NCBI GenBank assembly: GCA_965277805.1
Contig: OZ255842.1
Coordinates: forward strand, 128,001 to 192,000
Origin: Candidatus Lustribacter sp.
Lineage (GTDB): Bacteria; Vulcanimicrobiota; Vulcanimicrobiia; Vulcanimicrobiales; Vulcanimicrobiaceae
Direction of reading: 5' to 3'
DNA: 64,000 nt
In this document: piece by piece, positions 33,657-45,637 of the stretch
How the letters are laid out: every line of letters starts with the position of its first letter
How positions within the stretch are numbered: the first letter of the stretch is position 1
Notes under the pieces: generated by a model
What the model saw: the letters and a program-made list of their open reading frames with translations, nothing else
What the model was told of the DNA's origin: nothing
The model's database searches: none
Translations under genes and position numbers: made by a program

Positions 33657-33700
33657 TTGACTGATGTGTCAGATATTACATGTAAATTCTTACATGTCAA
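33657..33700. promoter_or_regulatory. Divergent promoter with PadR-type operator (ATGT-N8-ACAT at 33680-33695)
   Basis: atgt-aaattctt-acat, ttacatgt twice, and TTGACA -35 on the minus strand (33695-33700). Confidence 0.65.
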
Positions 33701-33710
33701 GCCTTACAGC

Positions 33711-35575
<1,865 letters not shown>

Positions 35576-35576
35576 G

Positions 35577-36674
35577 CTAGAGCGTCAGCTGCGGCGTGAT
35601 CCCGTGCTTGCGCATCTCTTCGAGCCAGATCTGATGGATGCGCGGATCCTGATCTTCGTATTCGATCTGGTTCCCGCCGTCTTTGATGCTGCGTGAGGTT
35701 TCCTGTTTGCGTTCGGCGGTCGCGAACGATTGCCGGCGCTTCTTCGCGGTGAGCGGATAGCGCAGGTTCCCGAGCCCGGTCGCCACGTAGCGCGATGCGT
35801 TTTCGCTCGTGACGAAGTGCTGATGAAACTGGCCCTCGCACGGCGGGAACACGACGCCGTGTTTCCACTCCACGCGCGTGAAGTCGGTCGAGCCTGCATC
35901 CCACAAGAGCGAGTAGCCGCCGCCGGTGAGGGTGAGCACGTGCGTGCCCGCTTCGTGCCGGTGGCCTTTCTTGTACGTTGCCGGCGCGATCTCCGAGATG
36001 TGCACGTGCATGATGCCGTCGGCCAGCAGAATCTTGATGTTGGACGAGCCTTTGCCGCGGTCTTCCCACGCGACGAGTTCCAGACTGCCGAGATCGGGGA
36101 CGAAGTTCGTTTCCCACACGTCGTTCCCGGGACGCCCGCGATAGAGATCGCCCTCGCCGACGTAGTACTTGTCCGCCCCGATGCGATCTTGAAACGCGCC
36201 CGGCGTGTTGAAGATGAACTCGTCGTTGTGAAAGATGTTCATGACCATCGGCAGCGTGGTCGTCTCGACCATCAGCGCGCGCTGCGTTCCGCTGCCGTTG
36301 AAGTGCCGGTACTTCGCGTTGAGCGGGATGCCGAAGAAGCTGCGCGGCCCCCATTCGAAACTGCGCTTGCTCCCGTCCGCGAACTCGAGTTGAGTGCTGC
36401 CGCGGCCTTCGAGAATGTAGTACGCCTCTTCGTAGAGATGCTGCTGCGGCAAGGTCGAACCGCCGGCCGGGATGTCGATGACGAACATGTTGCAATAGTC
36501 GCCGCTGCCGTCGAAGTGCGCGGCTGAGGCCTTGGCGCCCAAGCGCGGCCAGTCGGCGGTTTCCACTTCGAACAGATCGAGCGAGAGGCCGTGCGCGACG
36601 CGGATGCCCTCGCGTTGCACCCACTCGAGGTAGGAATTGATGCCGAAGCGCGGGTTGGTGCTGGTTTCTATCAT
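35577..36674 (-). CDS. Bicupin protein
   Basis: PQQHLYEE, HRHEAGTH and FHQHF cupin motifs. Confidence 0.8.
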   Translation of the reverse strand: MIETSTNPRFGINSYLEWVQREGIRVAHGLSLDLFEVETADWPRLGAKASAAHFDGSGDYCNMFVIDIPAGGSTLPQQHLYEEAYYILEGRGSTQLEFADGSKRSFEWGPRSFFGIPLNAKYRHFNGSGTQRALMVETTTLPMVMNIFHNDEFIFNTPGAFQDRIGADKYYVGEGDLYRGRPGNDVWETNFVPDLGSLELVAWEDRGKGSSNIKILLADGIMHVHISEIAPATYKKGHRHEAGTHVLTLTGGGYSLLWDAGSTDFTRVEWKHGVVFPPCEGQFHQHFVTSENASRYVATGLGNLRYPLTAKKRRQSFATAERKQETSRSIKDGGNQIEYEDQDPRIHQIWLEEMRKHGITPQLTL

Positions 36675-36687
36675 CGGTTTCTTCTCT

Positions 36688-37668
36688 TCATGACGGCGAA
36701 GCGGGCGGCTTGAGCGCGTAGGGGCTGATGAGCTCCTGCGCCGGGTAGGCGTGGTCGATGATCTTGTAGCGCGCGGCGGCGTCGATGGCCGGCTGGATCT
36801 CGCGCGGATCGAGGAATTCGGCGAAGACGTCGCGGTGCATCTGCAGCGCGGCGGCGGGGTCGACCCCGGTGTAGGCAGCAACGAGCGGTGCGGTGTCGGC
36901 GTGATGTGTGTTGGCGAAAACGATCGCCGCGCGCATCGCCTCGCCGAAGCGCGCGACGAGATCGCGATTCTTGGTCGCGAAATCGATCAGCGTAAACGTG
37001 GCCGTTACCATCCAGCGTTTGGCGATCGTGAGCGTCGGATCGCCCAGCGAGCGGAAGAGCCCGGTCGCCAGCGCTTTGTCGAGCACCGGTTCCTGGACGA
37101 TGGCGGCGTCGACGCGCTTCTGTTCGAGTGCCGGCGGGATCGCGGTCTGCGGCAGCTCGACAAACTTAATCGTTCCGGAATCGCCGCCGTCGGCATCGAC
37201 GGCCGCACGCGAAGAGATCCAGTTTGCATCGGCGATCGACGGCACGGCGAGCACTTTTCCGACGACGTCGCGATAGCGGTGCAGTGGCGAGTCTTTGAGG
37301 ACGATCATCTCCTGCGTGCCGTCGCCGGCGACGATGACGTGCGAGGGCGCGATCATCGCGAACGGCAGCCCGCGCGCGTGGCCGCTGATCAGCGCGGTCA
37401 AGCTCGCGACGCCGAAGTCGAAGCTGCCACCGGCGACCGCGGCTGCCACCGCCGCGCCGGAACTGCTGCGCTCGAGTTGCACGTCGAGTCCGATCTTGCG
37501 GAACATCCCGCTCTGCTGCGCGTAGAGGATCGGCGCCAGATCATCGTTGGGGACCACGATCCCGCGCAGCGTTACGAGCGCAGGCGGTTGCTGCGCGAAC
37601 GCGGGCCGCGTCGATCCGGCTAGCGCGGCGGCGGTAGCGGCGATGAAGCGTCCACGATTCGCGATCAC
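36688..37668 (-). CDS. SsuA/THI5-like ABC substrate-binding protein
   Basis: Signal-like N-terminus, G.FRKIGLDV, SGAAVAAAV.GG, KFVELP, LEQKRVDAA; GTG start inferred. Confidence 0.85.
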   Translation of the reverse strand: MIANRGRFIAATAAALAGSTRPAFAQQPPALVTLRGIVVPNDDLAPILYAQQSGMFRKIGLDVQLERSSSGAAVAAAVAGGSFDFGVASLTALISGHARGLPFAMIAPSHVIVAGDGTQEMIVLKDSPLHRYRDVVGKVLAVPSIADANWISSRAAVDADGGDSGTIKFVELPQTAIPPALEQKRVDAAIVQEPVLDKALATGLFRSLGDPTLTIAKRWMVTATFTLIDFATKNRDLVARFGEAMRAAIVFANTHHADTAPLVAAYTGVDPAAALQMHRDVFAEFLDPREIQPAIDAAARYKIIDHAYPAQELISPYALKPPASPS

Positions 37669-37678
37669 GGGAGTGCGG

Positions 37679-38845
37679 CTAGATGCGGCCCACGGCGACG
37701 AACTGCGCCTTGGTCTTGTCGTAGCGCAGGACGATGTCGCTGCGGCCGTCGAGCCCGCGCTGGCTGCCGTCGCGGAAATCGTAGAGACCCGAGGCACCAT
37801 AGAAGCCGTGCAGGTTCTCGAGATATTGCCGGTACGCGTCGGGCGTCGCATCCAAGCCGACGCTTTTGAGCATGCCGATGACGACATAGGCGGGATCCCA
37901 CGCGAGCAGATAGCCCGCGTCGGCGGCGAGGCCGGCGGCCTTGAGGGTATTGAAGTACGCTGATGCCGCCGTCTTCAAGGGTCCCGGTGGAAATGCGTCG
38001 GGCGCAATGCCCGGCACGTTGATGAAATACAGATTGGTCGGCAGCATCGTGCTGAAGCGTTTCATCGTGTCGTAGTTGAGGTTCGCGCCGCTGCTGCCGG
38101 TCGGGATGTCGAGACCGGTATCGACCATCGCGTGCAGCACGGTTCCGAACGGCGTACCGACCGCCCACGCAATGACGGCTTGCGGATCGGCCGCCTTGAT
38201 CACCGCAACTTGCGCGCTCACGCTGACGTCGGCAACGCCGAAGCGTTCGCGCGCGACGATCGTGACATTGCGATTTTCCGGCAACGCGAGCGCCGCGTCG
38301 AGGTTGTGCTCGAAATCTTGCCCGCTCGCGTCGGTTGTGAAGATCACGGCGAGCCGCGTCCAGCCGCGGTCGCGGTAGTACTTGACCTGCAGGCGCACCG
38401 CTTCTTTGGTGGGCACGCCTTGGGTGAACATGAACGAACCCTTGGGCGGATACACGCCCGATGACAAGCAGTAGGTCAGCGGCCCGTGTGCTTGCACGAG
38501 TGCAAGCACCGCATTGCATCCGCCGGTGAGCGTCGGACCGAGTACGATCGGCGGATTCTTCGCTATGGCCGCGCTCATCAGCTGAACCGCGACCTGGGCG
38601 TTCGATTGATCGTCGTGGATGTCGAAGGCGATCTGGCGTCCGCGGATCCCGCCGCTGTTGTTGACCGAATCGGCCAGCAAGCGCAATGCCGTGGCCTCCT
38701 CCGATCCCGTCGCGGTGGCCGATCCGGTGAGCGAAAGAATGGCCGGAATCGTGAATGGCGCGTCGGGCGCCGCCCACACGGCTCCAGCGGCGAACGCGAA
38801 AACAACCGCGATCGCAAAGGCAACGAACAGGCACTTACCTCGCAT
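37679..38845 (-). CDS. LivJ-type (branched-chain family) ABC substrate-binding protein
   Basis: Signal peptide, SLTGS, NNSGGIRGR, DDQSN. Confidence 0.88.
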   Translation of the reverse strand: MRGKCLFVAFAIAVVFAFAAGAVWAAPDAPFTIPAILSLTGSATATGSEEATALRLLADSVNNSGGIRGRQIAFDIHDDQSNAQVAVQLMSAAIAKNPPIVLGPTLTGGCNAVLALVQAHGPLTYCLSSGVYPPKGSFMFTQGVPTKEAVRLQVKYYRDRGWTRLAVIFTTDASGQDFEHNLDAALALPENRNVTIVARERFGVADVSVSAQVAVIKAADPQAVIAWAVGTPFGTVLHAMVDTGLDIPTGSSGANLNYDTMKRFSTMLPTNLYFINVPGIAPDAFPPGPLKTAASAYFNTLKAAGLAADAGYLLAWDPAYVVIGMLKSVGLDATPDAYRQYLENLHGFYGASGLYDFRDGSQRGLDGRSDIVLRYDKTKAQFVAVGRI

Positions 38846-38893
38846 GGACGAACCTTTTAAGACCCGATGCTTAGTTCACCCGCTGGTACCGCG

Positions 38894-39832
38894 ATGGTCG
38901 AAACGCTGGACGAACTCTACGCCGCGGTCGAGCCGCTTTCGATGGATGCGGGCTGGCGCCGCACGCCGGGCGCGCTCGCGTCGGGTACGTTCACGGCCGG
39001 TGGCTGGCGCTATCGCGACGGTCACGGCGCGCTCGAAGCCGCCGGCCGTCTCATCAGCCCGGAACTCTCCGAGCGCCGTAACATCTTGATGATGAATCCC
39101 GGCGGCCCCAACAGCACGCTCGCGACGCTGGTCTGTGCCTACCAACTCGTTCTTCCGGGCGAGCGAGCCCGTTCGCACCGCCATACGGCGGGCGCATTGC
39201 GGCTAGCACTCGATGTGGGTCCGGACATCTATACGATCGTCGACGGCGTGCGGCTCGACATGCGCCCGAACGACGTCGTGCTGACGCCGAGCTGGTGCTG
39301 GCACGGACACCGCAACGACGGCGACCAGCCGGCGTACTGGCTCGACTATCTCGATTCGCCATTCTGCCGTTCGATCGATCAGTACGTATTCGAGCCGTTT
39401 CCGGGCGGATACGAAGCGATCACCGAGACTGCCGGAACGTCACCGTACGTCTACCCGTGGAGCGAAACGAAAGCCGCGCTCGCCGCCGCGCCGCTCGAAC
39501 CGTCGGGACGTTACGGACGTCGCGTCCTCCTCGACCGCACGCCGCTCGATACGATGCGCTTGAGCATGCACGCGCTCGATGCCGGAACGCGCACGGTCGC
39601 GTTCTCCACGACGGCGAACTATCTCTACACTGCGGTCGAGGGCCGCGGGCGTTCGGTGATCGACGGCCGGACGTTCGAATGGGAGCGCGGCGATGTCGTC
39701 GCCGCACCGGCGCGGAAGTCGCAGTATCACGAATCCGACAGCGACGCCGTGCTGTTTTGCGTGAGCGACGAACCGGTGCTCGAGAGGGCCGGTTTGCTGC
39801 GCACGGTTTCCGAGGAGAAATCGATTGGCTAA
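38894..39832 (+). CDS. Gentisate 1,2-dioxygenase-like bicupin
   Basis: ERRNILMMNPG, QLVLPGE.ARSHRH...ALR, LTPSWCWHGH, WLDYLDSP. Confidence 0.85.
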   Translation: MVETLDELYAAVEPLSMDAGWRRTPGALASGTFTAGGWRYRDGHGALEAAGRLISPELSERRNILMMNPGGPNSTLATLVCAYQLVLPGERARSHRHTAGALRLALDVGPDIYTIVDGVRLDMRPNDVVLTPSWCWHGHRNDGDQPAYWLDYLDSPFCRSIDQYVFEPFPGGYEAITETAGTSPYVYPWSETKAALAAAPLEPSGRYGRRVLLDRTPLDTMRLSMHALDAGTRTVAFSTTANYLYTAVEGRGRSVIDGRTFEWERGDVVAAPARKSQYHESDSDAVLFCVSDEPVLERAGLLRTVSEEKSIG

Positions 39833-41042
39833 GACCGCTGCACAGAACGATCGTCTCACCCGGGTCGGACCCGGCACGCCGATGGGCGAACTGCTGCGGC
39901 GTTACTGGCACCCGATCGGTACGACGGTCGAACTCGATGAGAACCCGGTGCGCAAAGTGCGTTTGCTCGGCGAGGATCTCACGCTGTTCCGCTCCGAGTC
40001 GGGCGAGTTCGGTCTCGTCGGCGACCGTTGTCCGCACCGTTGCATGGCGATGTCGTACGGCGTTCCGGACGAGCGCGGGCTGCGCTGCGGTTATCACGCC
40101 TGGTTATTCGACGCGCAGGGTAATTGTCTCGAACAGCCCTGGGAAGACCGCATTCAACCCGAAGCGCGTTTCCGCGACAAGATCAAGATCAAAGCCTATC
40201 CGGTACAAGAACTCGGCGGTCTGATCTTCGCCTACCTCGGGCCGCAACCGGCGCCGTTGCTTCCGCGCTGGGATCTGCTCGTGCTCGATGACGTGGACCG
40301 CGGGCTCGACATCCAGCCGATTCCGTGCAACTTCCTGCAGTGCATGGATAACTCGTTCGATCCGCTGCACTTCGAGTTTCTGCACGCCGGCTTCGGCAAT
40401 TATCACTTCAAGCGTTTGGGTTTGCCGCCGGCGATGGTGCCCGCGAAGCATCTCGATATCGCCTTCGACGTGTTCGAGTACGGCGTCTACAAGCGCCGGC
40501 TCTTGGAAGGTCAGGCGCTGGACTCCACCGATTGGACGATCGGGCATCCGGTGATCTTCCCGGTGCTGCTTTCGATCGGCGATGGCGAACGGGGGGGACT
40601 GCATTGGCGCGTGCCGATCGATGACACGCATACGACACAGTTCCTGTATTCCACCCGGCGGCGCAAGGCGGGTGAGAGTCCCAAACCGATGACCGTCAAC
40701 GTCGACATCCTCTTCGACGACAACGGCGAGCTGATCAATTCCATCGATCGGACGATCAAGCAAGATATGGTCGCGTGGGTCGCACAGGGCGCCATCTCCG
40801 ATCGCACCCAAGAGCACCTCTCGCCGGGCGATAAGGGCATCATCCTCTACCATAAAATGCTCAACGAAAACATCGATCGCGTGGCGCGCGGCGAAGATCC
40901 GATGGGCACGATTCGAGACCCGGCCAAGAACGAGCCGATGATCGAGATCAAACGCAGCCGGGAGCACGACAAGGCGTTCAAGATTCGCGACGACATGGAG
41001 CCGGCGCTGTGGCAGGGTGCGGAGGCCGGAGCCGCTGGCTAA
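39825..41042 (+). CDS. Rieske non-heme iron oxygenase (phthalate 4,5-dioxygenase/LigX-like)
   Basis: LTRVGPGTPMGELLRRYW, CPHR...CGYH, DPLHFEFLH; TTG start after GAGGAG. Confidence 0.9.
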   Translation: MAKTAAQNDRLTRVGPGTPMGELLRRYWHPIGTTVELDENPVRKVRLLGEDLTLFRSESGEFGLVGDRCPHRCMAMSYGVPDERGLRCGYHAWLFDAQGNCLEQPWEDRIQPEARFRDKIKIKAYPVQELGGLIFAYLGPQPAPLLPRWDLLVLDDVDRGLDIQPIPCNFLQCMDNSFDPLHFEFLHAGFGNYHFKRLGLPPAMVPAKHLDIAFDVFEYGVYKRRLLEGQALDSTDWTIGHPVIFPVLLSIGDGERGGLHWRVPIDDTHTTQFLYSTRRRKAGESPKPMTVNVDILFDDNGELINSIDRTIKQDMVAWVAQGAISDRTQEHLSPGDKGIILYHKMLNENIDRVARGEDPMGTIRDPAKNEPMIEIKRSREHDKAFKIRDDMEPALWQGAEAGAAG

Positions 41043-42186
41043 ACTGCGCCTCGGCGTCGCCGGCCTCGGCGTCGCGAGCACGTTGTTTTTGCCCGGCGTC
41101 GAACGGCATCCGCAGACCGAGATCGTTGCCGCGGCGGATACGCGTACGAGCGGGCTCGCAGCGTTTCGCGAGCGCTACGGCGGCCGTGCCTACGAAAGCA
41201 TCGAGGCGCTCTGTGCCGATCCGGAGATCGACGTCATCTGGGTTGCAACGCCGAACGAATTTCACGCGCGCCACTGCATCCTCGCGGCCGAGAGCGGCAA
41301 ACACGTCATCTGCACGAAGCCGATGGCGCTCTCCGTCGACGAATGCGTTGCGATGTGCGAGGCGGCGGACGCGAACGGCGTGCAGCTGCTGTGCGGTCAA
41401 ACGTTCAGCATGCATCCGAGCATTCACGCGATGCGAGAGATCGTGGCCTCGGGCGAGATCGGCCGCCTGATCGCGGTGAACACGTGGCTCTACACCGATT
41501 GGCTGCTCAAACCGCGGCTGCCCGAAGAACTCGACGAAGCGCGCGGGGGCGGCGTGGTCTATCGCCACGGTCCGCATTTGATCGACACGGTGCGGCTGAT
41601 CGCCGGTGGGCTCGTGCGCAGCGTGCGCGGCAGCGTCGGACGCTGGATGCCGGACCGGCCGTGCGCCGGGAATTTCTCGGCCTATCTCGAGTTCCAAGAC
41701 GGAACGCCGGCGACGGTGAGCTACAACGGCTACGGTTATTTCGACACCTCTGAGCTGACGTGGGGTCGCGGCACGCGCATGTATTCCGACGCGGAACGCG
41801 TGGAGGTGCGGCGTTCTCTCGGCGCCGGCGCATCCGGCGAACAAGACAAGGCGAAGATCCGCTTCGGCGTTCGCGAATTGCCGGCGCGCGGCCTCAGCTG
41901 GTTTGGGATCACCGTCGCGAGTTGCGAGCGCGGTGATGTGCGCCAGTCACCCGACGGCGTCTATGTGTACGACGGCGACGGCCGGCGCGAGGTCGTCGCG
42001 GCGGGCGAAGGACTGATGGGCGTCCTCGAGATGGATGAAATGGCCGCGTGTCTGTTCGACGGCAAGCCGATCGTCCACGACGGCCGCTGGGGCCTCGCGA
42101 CCCTGGAGGTCTGCACCGCGCTGCTCGATTCCAGCAGCGAACGAAGCGAGATCGTGCTGACGCACCAAGGCGCGGTCGCAGGCTAG
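41017..42186 (+). CDS. Gfo/Idh/MocA oxidoreductase (dihydrodiol dehydrogenase-like)
   Basis: GVAGLG, ATPNEFH, KHVICTKPMA, GGGVVYRHGPHLID; start uncertain. Confidence 0.85.
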   Translation: MRRPEPLAKLRLGVAGLGVASTLFLPGVERHPQTEIVAAADTRTSGLAAFRERYGGRAYESIEALCADPEIDVIWVATPNEFHARHCILAAESGKHVICTKPMALSVDECVAMCEAADANGVQLLCGQTFSMHPSIHAMREIVASGEIGRLIAVNTWLYTDWLLKPRLPEELDEARGGGVVYRHGPHLIDTVRLIAGGLVRSVRGSVGRWMPDRPCAGNFSAYLEFQDGTPATVSYNGYGYFDTSELTWGRGTRMYSDAERVEVRRSLGAGASGEQDKAKIRFGVRELPARGLSWFGITVASCERGDVRQSPDGVYVYDGDGRREVVAAGEGLMGVLEMDEMAACLFDGKPIVHDGRWGLATLEVCTALLDSSSERSEIVLTHQGAVAG

Positions 42187-42201
42187 ACGAATCTCCATTT
42201 G

Positions 42202-44217
42202 ATGGAGTCGACGCTCGAGCGGACGCTTGCGCAACTACCCGACGCACCCGGTGTCTACATGATGATCGGGAACGACGGGCAGATTTTGTACATCGGCAAG
42301 GCCGTGTCGCTGCGCAACCGCGTCCGCTCGTACTTTCAGGATAGCGCCGCGCACGCCTATCGCACGGTGAAGATGGTCGAGCGCGTCGTCGACGTGCGCA
42401 CGATCGTCGTTTCGAACGAGATCGAGTCGCTGATCCTCGAAGCGAACCTGATCAAACGCCACCAGCCGCCGTTCAACGTGCGGCTGCGCGACGACAAGCG
42501 CTTTCCGTACTTGAAGGTGACCAACGAGCACTTTCCGCGCGTCGTCTTTACGCGTGTCGTGCGCGACGACGGCGCGCGGTACTTCGGCCCCTACACGAAC
42601 GCCTCGGGACTCCGCGAGCTTATCGATCTCGTGCGCATCGTGTTCCCGCTGCGCACCTGCCGCGAGCCGATCGACGGCAAGCGCAAACGGCCGTGCCTGC
42701 AGTACCACATCAAGCGCTGCCTCGCGCCGTGCGTCGGCTATCAGTCCGAGGACGACTACGACAAGCTCGTCGACGAAGTGGTGCTGTTTCTCGAAGGCCA
42801 CCACGATGCGCTGATCCAGCGCCTGCAGCAAGAGATGGTCGACTCGGCCGAACATTTCAACTTCGAGGCCGCCGCGCGGCTGCGCGATCGCATCATCGCC
42901 GTACGCCGGACGATCGAAGCCCAGAAAGTCGTGTGGCGCTCGCGCGTCGACATGGACCTCATCGCGGTCGCGCGCGATCGCGGTCAAGCCTGCATGCAAG
43001 TCTTCATGGTGCGCAACGGCAAGCTCTTAGGGCAAGAGCACTTCATCCTCGACGGCACGGTCGATGCCACCGAACCCGAACTGTTCTCGGAATTTCTCAA
43101 GCAGTTCTACACCGCGCGCAGCGGCCAACTCGGGCTCGACGCCACCATGGCGAGCGACATCGCGGGCAGCCCGCTCGCGCTGCGCGCGGCGCGCGACCAG
43201 CAATCGCCCGTCGCCGAAAAAGAACGCTCGCGCCGCCGCAACAGCGGCGCTGCGGCGATCCCCAAAGAGATCCTCGTACAATCGGCGCCCGACGACGGTT
43301 CGGTGATCGAGCTCTGGCTCACCGAAGCCAAGGGCCAGCGCGTGCGCATCCTCAAGCCCGAGCGCGGCGAACGCGCCGAGTACTTGCGTATGGTGCAGAA
43401 GAACGCCGAGCAAAATTTGAAGTCGTTCCTCGCGCACCAAGAGGCGCAGGAGAGCGCGTCCGCATCGGCGCTGAACGAACTTGCCGCCGCGCTGGATCTG
43501 CCGGGTCCGCCGCATCGCGTCGAGTGTTACGACATCTCGAATATTCAAGGCACGAACGCGGTCAGCTCGATGGTCGTCTTCGTCGAAGGCCGCGCGAAGA
43601 AGAGCGACTATCGCCATTTCAAGATCCAGTACGACAAGGGTCCGAACGACTTCGCGATGATGCAGGAGACGCTGCGCCGGAGACTGCGGTATTTGCGTGC
43701 CGACGCCGACCGTCCGCCGGTGGCCGAAGGCGACGTCGCCGGTGCTGCGATGGAAGCGCAAGCGCGCAAACGCGATCGTTTTCACGAGAAGCCCGACCTG
43801 CTGCTGATCGACGGCGGCAAAGGGCAACTCAACGCGGTGGTCGATGTGATCCGGGAGATGGACATGATCGGCATCCCGGTCGCCGGCCTCGCCAAAGAAA
43901 ATGAGTGGCTGTACGTGCCGGGCAACCCCGACCCGATCGCGCTGCCGCCGAACTCGGCGGGCCTGCACCTCGTCATGCGCATCCGCGACGAAGCGCACCG
44001 CTTCGCGATCACCTATCACCGCAATCGCCGCGACAAAGCGATGACGAAGTCGGCGCTCGACACGCTCGCCGGCGTCGGGCCGGTGCGCCGCAAGCGTCTG
44101 CTCACGGTGTTCGGCTCGGTCAACGCGATCAAACGCGCCAGCGTCGATGAGATCGCTGCCGTCAAGGGCATGAACCCCGCGCTCGCATCGCATGTGAAAG
44201 CGGCGCTCAGTGGCTGA
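42202..44217 (+). CDS. uvrC: Excinuclease ABC subunit C
   Basis: PGVY...YIGKA.SLRNRV, FEAAARLRD, ECYDISN, LIDGGKGQ, RDEAHRFA, HhH tail. Confidence 0.97.
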   Translation: MESTLERTLAQLPDAPGVYMMIGNDGQILYIGKAVSLRNRVRSYFQDSAAHAYRTVKMVERVVDVRTIVVSNEIESLILEANLIKRHQPPFNVRLRDDKRFPYLKVTNEHFPRVVFTRVVRDDGARYFGPYTNASGLRELIDLVRIVFPLRTCREPIDGKRKRPCLQYHIKRCLAPCVGYQSEDDYDKLVDEVVLFLEGHHDALIQRLQQEMVDSAEHFNFEAAARLRDRIIAVRRTIEAQKVVWRSRVDMDLIAVARDRGQACMQVFMVRNGKLLGQEHFILDGTVDATEPELFSEFLKQFYTARSGQLGLDATMASDIAGSPLALRAARDQQSPVAEKERSRRRNSGAAAIPKEILVQSAPDDGSVIELWLTEAKGQRVRILKPERGERAEYLRMVQKNAEQNLKSFLAHQEAQESASASALNELAAALDLPGPPHRVECYDISNIQGTNAVSSMVVFVEGRAKKSDYRHFKIQYDKGPNDFAMMQETLRRRLRYLRADADRPPVAEGDVAGAAMEAQARKRDRFHEKPDLLLIDGGKGQLNAVVDVIREMDMIGIPVAGLAKENEWLYVPGNPDPIALPPNSAGLHLVMRIRDEAHRFAITYHRNRRDKAMTKSALDTLAGVGPVRRKRLLTVFGSVNAIKRASVDEIAAVKGMNPALASHVKAALSG

Positions 44218-45274
44218 TCCGTTCCAGTTCGCGAAGCCGCTGCTGCACCTGATGGATCCGGAGCGCGCGCACGAACTCACGCTGCGCGCGCTCGAAGTGA
44301 ATCTCGTGCCGGCGCAGCCCGTCGTCGACGAGCCCAGCATCGCGATCGATTTGTTCGGCCGCCGCCTCGACAACCCGGTGGGCCTCGCCGCCGGCTTCGA
44401 TAAGAACGCGCGCGTCTTCCGGCGCATGTACGCGCAGGGCTTCAGTTTCGTCGAGGTCGGCGGCGTCACGCCGCGTCCGCAACGCGGCAACCCGCGCCCG
44501 CGCGTGTTCCGCATCCCGCAAGATAATGCCGTCGTCAATAACATGGGCTTTCCGAACGACGGCGCGGAGGCGGTCGTGCGCCGGCTGGGCGGCGAGCGCC
44601 CCGCCGGCATGCTCGGCATCAACCTCGCGAGCAACGGCGACAGCACCGATCCGGCCGAAGACTTCGTCGGTCTCGTGCGGCGCTTCGCATCGTATGCCGA
44701 CTACCTCACGCTGGACATCTCGTGTCCCAACAGCATCAACGGCAAGGTCTTCCTCGACCCGGCGCGTTTGCGCGATTTGATGGCACGGCTCAACGCTGTC
44801 GAACGCGGGCCGTTGCCGCCGAAGCTCGTCGCGAAGGTGTCACCCGACGTCGACGATGCGCTGCTCGAGCAACTCATCACGGTGCTTCTGGAAGCGAAGA
44901 TCGACGGCATCATCGTTTCCAACACGACGGTCGAACGCCCGGCAACATTGCGCGGTGACGCGTCGATGAAGGGAGGGCTCTCGGGCAGCCCGCTCTTCGC
45001 GCGGTCGACCGCGATGCTCGCGCAGGTCGCATCGATCGCGGGGGGCTCGGTGCCGCTGATCGGCCTCGGCGGGATCGCCGGCGGTCCGCAGGCGTACGCA
45101 AAGATTCAGGCCGGCGCAACCGCGGTACAACTGTATACGGGCCTCATTTACGGCGGTACGGCCCTCGTCACGCGGATCAAACGGGAGCTTGCAGTCTTGC
45201 TCATGCGCGACGGATATGGCACTCTAAGCGAGGCCGTTGGGACGGCACGCTCCGTACGGAAAGTGAGCCCATGA
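44210..45274 (+). CDS. pyrD: Quinone-dependent dihydroorotate dehydrogenase
   Basis: DPERAH, NPVGLAAGFDKN, Q.GNPRPR.FR, ISCPN, SNTT, GGLSG. Confidence 0.95.
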   Translation: MADPFQFAKPLLHLMDPERAHELTLRALEVNLVPAQPVVDEPSIAIDLFGRRLDNPVGLAAGFDKNARVFRRMYAQGFSFVEVGGVTPRPQRGNPRPRVFRIPQDNAVVNNMGFPNDGAEAVVRRLGGERPAGMLGINLASNGDSTDPAEDFVGLVRRFASYADYLTLDISCPNSINGKVFLDPARLRDLMARLNAVERGPLPPKLVAKVSPDVDDALLEQLITVLLEAKIDGIIVSNTTVERPATLRGDASMKGGLSGSPLFARSTAMLAQVASIAGGSVPLIGLGGIAGGPQAYAKIQAGATAVQLYTGLIYGGTALVTRIKRELAVLLMRDGYGTLSEAVGTARSVRKVSP

Positions 45275-45633
45275 TCCACTTCATCATCCGTTTGATCGTC
45301 AATGCCATCGCCTTGATCATCGTGGCATATTTGTTCCAAGGACACGGCGTGATCGTGACGTCGTTTACCGGAGCGATCGTTGCCGCGTTCGTCTTGGGCA
45401 TCGTCAACGCAATCTTGCGCCCGATCCTGATAATTCTCACGTTGCCGATCCAGATCGTGACGCTCGGCCTCTTCACGTTCGTGATCAACGGCCTACTGTT
45501 CTGGTGGGTCGGCCACTGGGGTCTGGGCCTGATCGTGCGCGGCTTCGGGACGGCGTTCGTGGCTGCGATCGTGCTCGGCATCGTATCGTTCCTGCTCTCA
45601 TGGCTGCTGCGCGGGGTCGAATCCGGCACCTGA
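45271..45633 (+). CDS. YvlD/phage holin-like 4TM membrane protein
   Basis: NAILRPIL.ILTLP...TLGLF.FVIN. Confidence 0.88.
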   Translation: MIHFIIRLIVNAIALIIVAYLFQGHGVIVTSFTGAIVAAFVLGIVNAILRPILIILTLPIQIVTLGLFTFVINGLLFWWVGHWGLGLIVRGFGTAFVAAIVLGIVSFLLSWLLRGVESGT

Positions 45634-45637
45634 CCCG

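Noticed and set aside
43120..43770. Two insertions in UvrC as possible inteins
   Set aside because: Short low-complexity loops in variable regions; no intein splice motifs
45271..45633. Holin as evidence of a prophage
   Set aside because: YvlD-type genes are common chromosomal genes and no phage genes are adjacent
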